Source: Spironucleus salmonicida
Taxonomy: Eukaryota
DNA length: 64,000 bases
Direction: 5' to 3'
Assembly: GCF_000497125.1 (NCBI RefSeq)
Contig: NC_090604.1
Location: forward strand, 268,651-332,650
Positions 54,731-64,000 of the stretch are shown piece by piece. The notes beneath the pieces were generated by a model, which ran no database searches, was not told the DNA's origin, and saw only the letters and a program-made list of their open reading frames with translations. The translations under genes were made by a program, and so were the position numbers. The first letter of the stretch is position 1. Each line of letters starts with the position of its first letter.

Positions 54731-56156
54731 TAAAATAATAGAGGGCCTGTGCTGGAAGATTTAGAGGGATACTTAGGTGAATCTAATAGGTCGTGGGCGA
54801 TTTCTGGCCGTGTGGTTCGCGTGTTGGGAGTAATTGGATTTGTTGGGTAAGGTTAGCGTACTACTATATTAACAGCTATGCAACTAATCCCTCGGTAATT
54901 GTTAGAAATTTCACGATTTACGAACAACTTTGCTAGCAGTATGTGAGTGTATTTAGCGTCTAGGCGTAGCACGTAAAATGCAGGTACCTGGACTGTGGTA
55001 TATATTGCACTAGATGAATTAAGTAGCAGTGAAATGTGCTTACTTTAATATTCTAGCAGAAAGCTCTCCTTGTCTTAGGTTAACATAGTAACCATCTCAG
55101 GGAGCTAGTTTTCTAGCTACTGTACCGAATGCATACAGGGTGAAACAAGATTCTAGACTAAGTGGATATGCGCCAGGTGGGCATTACCATACAGTAATAC
55201 GATAGTAATTGTATGCCAGTAGGCTCTTCAGGTGGATAAATTTGATTCGCTCGTGATTCTACCAAGCATTATCAATAAGCTGGTGCCATCAAATAACTTT
55301 AGTAGATTCTCTCGGTAAGAGAATCGTTGTTCAAGCCCAACCAATGTCAGGCACTCGCCCAGGCAAGTAATACGCAATTTTCATTTTTCTGGTTATTATA
55401 TTCATATACCTATATGGATATTTAGTTTGTTATAAAATGTTACATAAGTAACCTGCCTGCCATCATGCACTTCGTATCCTGCTTACCATTGCATGCAACG
55501 CATTACGCTTCCGTGTGCTTCAAGATTAAAATAAGGGTGGCCGATCGTCAAACAAGCGAATAGTGCCTATCCCATCATGTAATATTTGGGTTCTTTGGCT
55601 GCTAATTAGTATGCGTGATGGAGAAGAGAATACGAAATTAGACCTGTGTTCTATTGAACTTTAGAGTTTGCAAGCGCTAACCAGCAGCACATAAAATCAA
55701 AAATTCGTATGAAGGAATACGCGCTTATAGCATGGATATAGAATAATGAAGAAATGTTTTCCTATCCTTATTTGCTGTAAGTTGCGTAATAATTCTGCAG
55801 GGCTTTCTCATAGGGTCCAGACTCTGCCATACTAGCTAAATAAGTAGTTTGGAGCGAACTGTAGGTCTCTCTGGAGGCACCTAACAAGTTAAGTTTTAAT
55901 GCTAGATCTGGACATTATTAAATATTAATCGTTTACATCTGCAGCTGCCTAGCGCACGATTGCTATAAACCTTGTTTAATTTAGGAAATCTAGGAATGTA
56001 ATTTATATATAATAATATTTTTTTGTATTTTTACTTAAATTTTTTTTGCGACTTCAGCAAGGTGAATTTAATAGTAAAACTAACCAAGAAAAAAATAAAG
56101 CATAAACCAGTCATAACCATATAATTAACAATATCAGCTCATTGAAGTTATTGAGA

Positions 56157-56387
56157 ATGACGTTCCACGCTGCTGGAATGTACCTACACCGCGAGATGAA
56201 CCTGTAGCACCACAGTTCATGCATAAACTTAAGTCATGACGCTAGGCACACCACGAGGCGTGTGATCCCGTTTTCCATCGCCAAACCGTTCTTCGAGGCC
56301 CACTCTAGGATGAAGGTGGAGCTATACAGGCTGGGCGAGCGGTTAGAGTGGCTGGACGGCCAGCTGGCGCTAGGGTAAGATGTATGA
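56157..56387 (+). CDS. Small hypothetical protein (76 aa)
   Basis: A GC-rich island in AT-rich flanks coincides with code-6 ORF MTFHAAGMYLHREMNLQ...LEWLDGQLALGQDV-TGA. Confidence 0.5.
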
Positions 56388-57410
56388 CTTCATGTGATTG
56401 GCGTTTTTGGATATTGCCCTTTTATTCTTGTATATTAATATACTAATACATTAAGGACGTAACTTTTCACGTTAGGAACATCTAAAAATAATTTTATATA
56501 TCAATGCATACTATTATAAATGGATATACCTGAACTGCAAGTAGAGACTCAAATCACAAATTTAGCGAAACAATCAGCGCATTCTTCCAAAGCTGCCATC
56601 AGTCTACGCACAACATACCAAGCTACTCCTACTGCACATAATCCTAAAATATTTTTAGCTTTAACCTTTTTCTTATAAACCCAACCCTTCAATCATTTCA
56701 CTTAACGAAAACCCTTCCACATCCACAATTCCAAAATACTATTATATAATTATTATACATCAATAATCATAATTTTCTGCGAATGCCCAAAACCACAAAA
56801 CTTCCTTACTGATACGTCACGTATTTTAACGACAAATTACCGCTCTTAATACCACAACAACACTATAATTTACTACAAAACGATCCTTTATATCAGAAAC
56901 AGAACACCGCCAAAATTTAATCCTAAATTACCGCAAATGCTCCCAGCGCAATATTAGCAAAAACACACCAAAATTTTGTCACCGCACCACCTTAAAACTA
57001 GCAGCAATTTTACGACCCATTTTGCAAATTCCTAAGAATGCGAATTGGCTTTTCCAGTTAATTTGAAGGTGCGAAAAGCCCAGAATTTGAGCAATTAATG
57101 TCTTTAGCGGCGTTAACTTTTCACGTCGAGCTGCTTGGAAATAGATTTTTAAAGGTATAGTTTGGGTCTAGGAGGAGTTAATTTGGCATCACTTTCAGGT
57201 TTAATATCGTTATAATGTATAATAAATCAGAAACGCACTGACTCATGTGTTGGAGTGGCGAAAGTATCCTGGGGTTCTACTATATTGTGCTTGCCAAGCA
57301 TAATGCGGCGTAATCAGGTAATGGGAGTCAGGCGCACAGCTTCCGTGCCAAATTTTCATTTTGGTAAGCTGGGAAAATTATACATTGCCCTACAACTGCT
57401 CGTATTCTAT

Positions 57411-57492
57411 GACACTTTGGCCGAGTGGTTAAGGCGAAAGACTAGAAATCTTTTGCACGTTGTGCGCATGGGTTCAAATCCCATAGGTGTCG
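57411..57492 (+). tRNA. tRNA-Ser(AGA)
   Basis: GACACTT...AGGTGTC-G acceptor stem, TGGCCGAGTGG D-arm, AAAGA-CT-AGA-AA-TCTTT anticodon arm, long variable arm, GGTTCAAATCC, followed by a T5 run. Confidence 0.95.
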
Positions 57493-57599
57493 AATTTTTC
57501 GGAGCCAGGCAAAAAGATTGTCATATTGGATGTATTATGAAAAAACATGTAATCATACAGTATTACTTATTTACGTTATTACCACACTCCGCGAATACA

Positions 57600-57866
57600 A
57601 TGGCGGAGGTGGAGTACGAGAAGAGGCAGCTGGACTACACCAGGGTCTACTTCAAGAAGTTCTACCGGCCGTTATACTCCACACTAGCAAGGTAGAGCAC
57701 GTCCTTCGAGGCGGTGTCTACGCAGAAGCCGATCTCTGAGATGTACCCCCTGCCGGACCTGCCGGTACGTAAGGTCACAAGGTCTCCACAAAGAAGCATC
57801 GCGCGGTCGGAGCAGATGCTGAAGCTGGGGCTCGTCAGGCCCAGCATGCAGTTCGTGTTGAAGTGA
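57600..57866 (+). CDS. Small hypothetical protein (88 aa)
   Basis: Strong GC3 bias; MAEVEYEKRQLDYTRVYFKKFYRPLYS...RPSMQFVLK-TGA with the stop in AAGTGA and one TAG read as Gln. Confidence 0.78.
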
Positions 57867-58081
57867 ACGCAAATAGAATTTCAATTTTGTGGTGTGTTGA
57901 CAAATATTGTATATTAACTTTATAAATATATTGAAATATAAATAAACATATAACTTTTATCTAATTCAATCTTAAAATTATCATTCAATTAAATATATTA
58001 GTAATTCTATTTAAATCTTTCTAATAAAGTACACTTTACTTCTAATAGTATAACTTATATATCTGAGAAACTGCATCAAAA

Positions 58082-58384
58082 ATGTCAGCTTCTATACCAG
58101 CACCTCTAAGCACGACTGAGAAAGCACTAATCTTCGTAATAGCAATGTTATCTATTGTACTTCTCGTTGAGATTGTTTATTTCTGTTATGCACTAACAAA
58201 GATTTGTAAAGACAAGAAGTTGAGAAATGCTATCTCTAAAGGCGAACCCAAAGATCTAGGTAAATTGAAAAAAAATAAAAATGTGAGGAGCTAAAACTAA
58301 TCAGTAATAGTTGAAAAGAAAATCTGGGAGTCGAGTTCCGGTGTCTCAGATAATACAATGCAGCCATTAGTTGCTGTGCTGTGA
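58082..58384 (+). CDS. Single-pass membrane hypothetical protein (100 aa)
   Basis: N-terminal hydrophobic helix ALIFVIAMLSIVLLVEIVYFCYAL followed by a basic segment. Reads through TAA to TGA at 58382. Confidence 0.75.
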
Positions 58385-58986
58385 CTGGAAATAAGTCTTA
58401 TATTATATAGTATATATAATAATTTCTATAATCTTGAATATAGGCTTTCTAGATAAATTATTTTTTAACTTATATGTTTTTCGTGATATATCCTTATATT
58501 AGGAAGCAATAATATTGCTGAAACTTATTATGCATAATTCAGGCGAATTAGCACCGATAATTATCAGATTCATGTATTTACAGCCATATCCATATGTATT
58601 ATTTATAGTTTTTGCTTCATAGCAACTAAATTAATATGTGCAATAGTATTTTAGTAAGTTTCTGTCCAACACACCTAAAGTTGCACGTTTTATTTCAAAA
58701 CAGAGTATTCATTGATTTGCCTTGAATAGTTTACTAAATTTCACTAAACTCTGAATTTTCCTAGGTTAGAATAAAACAAGCAGCTTATTGCAATAATTGC
58801 AAGGCACCAAAGCATACTTTTACAAATATAGATGAAGCTTTATTATTAGAGTGGTATATTATTTATTAACTATTCCGATATAATATAATATATTATATTT
58901 ATTTCACTTAAGTATATAAATATATAAATATTGTAATCTATTTAGAGGCCAAATACCACTTTAGGCCATGAACCACCTCCGAGATA

Positions 58987-59325
58987 ATGAACATTTTGCC
59001 TTCACTATTAAAAGCTTAGAAAGCTATCTTAATCGGTTAGAAGCAAAAATAACTACAGCATGCCCCTTCTATAAAATCAAACAATAGCAGGAATGCATAC
59101 TAGGAAATCAATGATGATAACTGTAAATCCCCAATGAACAGAAAGCATACATTTTCACCTGTAACATTAATACAAGTAAAAGTCAAAATAAAGTTCAGCC
59201 TATTAAAGCAGCATGGCAAAGGCTCTGTGTTAGAATGTGATTATTTGATGTCACACAGTGGACTTGCTATGACTAACCTTACAGTAGAGGATAGTTTTTA
59301 TGGATACGAAGGAACACATGTATGA
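58987..59325 (+). CDS. Hypothetical protein (112 aa)
   Basis: Code-6 ORF MNILPSLLKAQKAILIGQ...SFYGYEGTHV-TGA extending the 59134 track ORF upstream. Confidence 0.45.
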
Positions 59326-60290
59326 GATATGGAATATTAAAAGTTAGGTAAATTAATGTCTACAATTTATCGTGTAGAATCAGCCTCATTTTGTAATTAG
59401 CGTTAGTTGAATAGAGGTTCCAGGTACTCGTGCTGTTTCTATAAATTATACGCAAACCCTCTAATTTAGGCGTAGGTTGCAATCATTGCTCTTTGAGCAC
59501 AGCTTAGTTTACGCTACGAATAGTGCTTAACCGCTAAATCAGCTGCAAACCGCATGAAAATATTTATTGCGAATAGCTAATTATTAAAAATTGTAGTATT
59601 TTATGGCATAAGATCAAAAATATCCAGTGGAGCTATCTCCTAATTCCAACTATAACCTTATACTTTTTAATTGATGTTAACAAGAACTGGTAGGTTGGAG
59701 TTAGCATAATAAGTTAATTTAGGCATTGCTAGCATTAAGTTGTGTAAACTAGGCATAACTATAAGTCTTAACTTGCATTTCGGAGTTTCCGAGTAAAGTT
59801 GCACGAATATTAAGGTTTAGTGTAAGATAATTGATTATTTATGTCAATTAATTAAGAATACATAACGGCTGTATATAATCGACTGATACTTCCTTAAACC
59901 CGTTTTATTTAGATATTGGTTTTTAAGATAATGTTAGATAGCAGTAATAATAAATACAAAGTAGTATATATAATTTATTTAAAATTTGATACATATTAAG
60001 TATGTTGTTGATTATTATTATAAACTAAAATATTATATCTATATTATTCCTTTAATGAGCTATATAAATTTTATACTAGAAGTAAGTAAAAACGGTTTCG
60101 GTATAATCCACTATAATATTAATTAATTATAACAATCATAAATGAATACATGTTTCTGTGATAAAATGAATATTTGTGTTTTTATTAAAGTATAGATTTT
60201 TATAACTAATGGATATGGAATTTACTTGAATTCCAAAAATATATAATATCTTAACAAATACCAAGTAACCCAAAAATAACCGAGTTTAAA

Positions 60291-61250
60291 ATGACAGCTT
60301 CAGGAACATGTTCTACAACCTCCTAGCAGTGCAAGTAAAATCATTATTGTCCCGCCACAGATGCTAAGTAAGTTTAGTGTTTACCCTGCTCAGATGATAT
60401 ACAACAAGGCCAAGGGTGCTTCTGCTAAGATTATCAGGTAACTGAAAATTGCCTTGAATGTGCTAATGGGAAATGTTCTAAATTCTTGATGTAGAAAACA
60501 AAATAAGATAATAGTTGTGCGTTAAACTGTGCAGAATGTCCCCCTGGGAAAGGATGTACTAAGTGCAACGATGGGTACACACTTGATACATAAGCTTATA
60601 GCTGTAGGCCTTCATGTACTGACAACTCTTAATGCTCTCCTAAATATAAGAAATATTGTAATATAAATAAATAAATTTGTAACGATTGTACCGGAAGATG
60701 CTCTCATTGTTCGTCAGAAACGTTTTGTCTTGGATGCAATGGACAAGATTACGTTTTAACGATTGATGGCCAGTGTATTGATAAATGCAGGAGTTTATAA
60801 ACAGGTTAGTATTGTAATAATGGAACCCCTGCGACTTGTACTGAAGATAGCACTTCAGAGTGCACATGTGGTAGTGCTGAAAACTGTGCCACATGTTCTG
60901 AAGACCGCAATAGCTGTTAAACATGTTTGCTTGGTATGGAGAAAGATGAGAGTGGAGCATGTACCAAATGTATTGAAGGATATACTATGCTCAATGGAAA
61001 ATGTTGGCTTAATGATAAAATCCCGACTAGACCAGTGGAGCCAGTTGAGCCAGTGGAACCAGTGGTACCGGTTGACCCATCTAACCCTACTTCAAATAAA
61101 AGTAACCTCAGTGGCGGTGCGATATCTGGTATTATAATTGGCGCATTGGCGGTTGTAGGTGCGATTAGTGGTACTGTGATAGTGATAATGAGGAAAAGTA
61201 GGAAGAATTAAGTTAGCACTGATACTGGAGCTGTTAATATTCTTGAATGA
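60291..61250 (+). CDS. Cysteine-rich membrane protein (319 aa) with PVE-repeat stalk, single copy in window
   Basis: MTASGTCSTTSQQCKQNHYCP..., CxxC repeats, RPVEPVEPVEPVVPVDP, TM GGAISGIIIGALAVVGAISGTVIVIM, tail RKSRKNQVSTDTGAVNILE, ending TGAGTGA. Confidence 0.9.
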
Positions 61251-62813
61251 GTGATTGATAATTAATGTATACTCTATCCGATAATTTTCGCTCAGTCTGA
61301 TTTTATCATTACTAAATGAAAATTACCAATTATAATTACTATAATATAATATCAATCTAAAATATTAATGATATGAATAATAGAAACAGTTTTCTATAAA
61401 CGCATCTCATACTTATTGTTAATAATATAAACTAACTTACATCTCCTATATAGTTTCACCACTTAATACTTTTACATTAAATTTACAGGTTAGAATTCTA
61501 CGCGCATAATACCGCAGATTAATCTATTATAAATACCAGAACATACGATTTACTATTAATTTATGTGCTAACTAATAAGTATTGCACTCTACTATCTCAT
61601 CTAGTACGATTTATCTCAATAAATGTTTATCATATAATAAAGCTAGCGATTCTACTTAGTCCTTATTTAATTTAAACCTAATTACTCTATATCAATTGCC
61701 TTATTCTAATTCCTTAAACGATTTCATCAAATACTTTTTTCGTTCCCTTACCAGATAAATAGTTCTTTAACACCTCAATTTACAATCGCCTTTTAAACCT
61801 CACTCCATTCCAAATACCCCACTCCTAAAATACGTAACTTCCGCCGACTCAGCACCTGGAAAACTCACCAGAGGCCCAGCTTGCGCACCACCTCCCTGCA
61901 AACTATCCAGAAATGCACGAACGCGGAAACCCTGCACCAAATACGCGTCAAATACTCTTGCCGCCCCTTGATGCCAGTACCGAGTGTAAAACCGGAACTT
62001 TGCCAGCCGCGCGCCCGAAATACCGAACCAAAAACCGCACTGCAATACACACTTCGGAAGGAACTGCTGCGACAACGGCAGCTGCTCCTTTTCCGTTGAT
62101 TTCGCGCGCATACCGCTCTGGGATAACTAAACCTCCAAATCTGACCGGCCGCAAAATGCCTTCCTGAAGCTACATAGCTGCAGACTTCCAGCTCAGTACT
62201 GCCTGGCCCCACTCCTTAGCAGTACAGATGTCTTCATTTAAAATCTTAATCTGGCACAGCTGTGGGGGGCGGAAATTATAAATTTGTCTTGAGCGAGGGT
62301 TCAAGGCTTGAAAGTGCAAATTTGCTATTTTTACGATTTCCCTCATTGCCGGAACACGCGGAATCGAGGCTGCGCAAAACCTGCAAATCGCTGCAAGTTC
62401 CAGCCTCGAACTAAGCAGATTCTCGGTCTGTCTGGATGGAAGGGTACTGCGCGTAAGGGAATGAAAACTTTCCTGCAGCGGATAAATATTTGCGCGCCGG
62501 CTTCTAAGAACGCGCATTTGGCCGTTTGCGCCTGCTTAATTGAAAGCAAAACGAGCAGGGTGAAACAATTGTTGGGCGATAAATTCAGGTTAGCATAGGG
62601 TCAGACTGTGGATAGCAGGTGTAGCGTTTCGAATTAGCGCTGTGGGCGGGTATTATTGCTGGATTTTAAGTTACATGAATATTAATATTATATGGATATA
62701 ATTATATAATATTTTAAGAAACCTAATATAATTCCAATCCTCATCAATAATATTATTATATAATATTAAGATGTTATACAAAACTCTCCCACTTCGAACT
62801 TCCGCTCCCTCAC

Positions 62814-63041
62814 ATGGAAATCAAGGTCGTGATGTGTTAGTCCTGAGGCTCCATGCCCCGCTTCAAGGGTCTCCAGGCGTTCCTGAAAGGAAAGCTTGGC
62901 GTAGAGGCTGCCTTCGAGTATGGTGCTCTGGGCGACTTCGAGGTCTTCGCCAACGGAACCCTCGTCTTCTCCAAAGCCAAGGAGGGCGCCTATCCCAGTC
63001 CCCCCGCGGTGCTGGCGGCGATCGAGGCGCTCGGGGCATGA
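62814..63041 (+). CDS. Selenoprotein W / Rdx-family selenoprotein (75 aa, CxxU)
   Basis: MEIKVVMC-Q(TAG)-S-U(TGA)-GSMPRFKGLQAFLKGKLGVEAAFEYGALGDFEVFANGTLVFSKAKEGAYPSPPAVLAAIEALGA. Has the CxxU motif and the GxFEVxxNGxLVFSK signature of the SelT/SelW/SelH (Rdx) family, with high GC3. Confidence 0.93.
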
Positions 63042-63048
63042 AAATGTA

Positions 63049-63118
63049 AACTGAAGCTGTGACGTGGGCAGGATAAGCGCGAGCCCCTGCTAACTGAGTT
63101 TTGTTAATTTCTTCAGTT
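63049..63118 (+). promoter_or_regulatory. SECIS element (type II-like, GUGAC core)
   Basis: Lower helix AACTGAAG/CTTCAGTT. Core GTGAC (63059-63)/TGAG (63095-98). Upper helix GTGGGCAGG/CCTGCTAAC, unpaired AA, and mini-stem GC-GCGA-GC. Confidence 0.85.
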
Positions 63119-64000
63119 ATCTGCTATATTTCCTTTATTTGGCATTTCTATACTTCTTTTATATTGCTCGTGGTATCAACAATTTTGTAGTTAATAGTAC
63201 TTTATAGTTTCAGAATTACGCCTTACACCTAAGAATCAAATTCCTTTATTGAAACTAAGTTAATTAGCTAGGTTGCTTTTACTTATATACACAAAATTAT
63301 ACATTGGTATTGACAATTTGTTATAAACAGCAGGTTAATTCATTTATCTTGTTATCATATAGTAGATACGTTAAATATGTATTGTTATATCTAATTAGCA
63401 AACACGATCTCGGTTATTTATAAAACTTCTATTACGGTCCATAAGTATGATTATAAGTATATTTTATATTGTATTTTATAGTTTAATATTAATATTAAAT
63501 AATATCCATATGGATAAATTATATAATAATCAATAAAATTAAAGACTGTTTTAATAAAAGTTATCGCGATTCTGATGCTAAATTTCCAGAAATTTCAATT
63601 GCAGAGTTTAAAGATTTGGTAAAACAACTTTATAACTAAATACAAAACTGTTGTCTTAGATCTTTACATTATCTAAGAAGTATCATCCTAATATAGGTTC
63701 TCAAAGTATTTAAAGTGTCTTTGAATCATTTTTTACATATAGCTTCATTATTGCCTATTAAATCTCCGCTATATTGTTAAGTATTCATCGATATTTTCGA
63801 AAATAATATTTATATGTTATATTCAAGTTACAGATATAAATTTGGTAACTAGGATATATACTAATTACGCACCATTAGAGTTATCGATTTCAATTTTTTA
63901 GCAATGTGAATTGTTTTTTATATGTTAACTTAAATTATTACGTCTCTATATACCCAAACCCATTTTGACTAGAATTTTGTGTTTAAAAATGCAATGAAAC

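Noticed and set aside
61800-62600. GC-rich stretch upstream of the selenoprotein gene with several overlapping ORFs
   Set aside because: No single frame with a convincing start or recognisable motif. Possibly a degenerate gene.

Overview
Eukaryotic, apparently intronless DNA from a hexamitid diplomonad, most likely Spironucleus salmonicida or a close relative. It uses genetic code 6 (TAA/TAG = Gln, TGA the only stop), so the supplied ORF track fragments almost every real gene. About 45 kb (1-21.8 kb and 31.2-54.2 kb) is two copies of a cysteine-rich membrane protein (CRMP, VSP-like) cassette holding 10 genes. The copies form a large inverted duplication around a 9.4-kb unique core (1410-aa coiled-coil protein, Myb protein, tRNA-Pro, multi-TM protein). 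Within each copy, two convergent ~715-aa CRMP genes and their 1.7-kb upstream repeats form a nested inverted repeat. The 5.3-kb segment between them lies in direct orientation in the two copies, so it appears to have flipped in one. The CRMP paralogs are patchworks of each other, suggesting recombination- and conversion-driven surface antigen diversification. The right end carries small genes, tRNA-Ser, an eleventh CRMP and a selenoprotein W/Rdx-family gene (C-TAG-S-TGA = CQSU) with a SECIS hairpin just after its stop codon.
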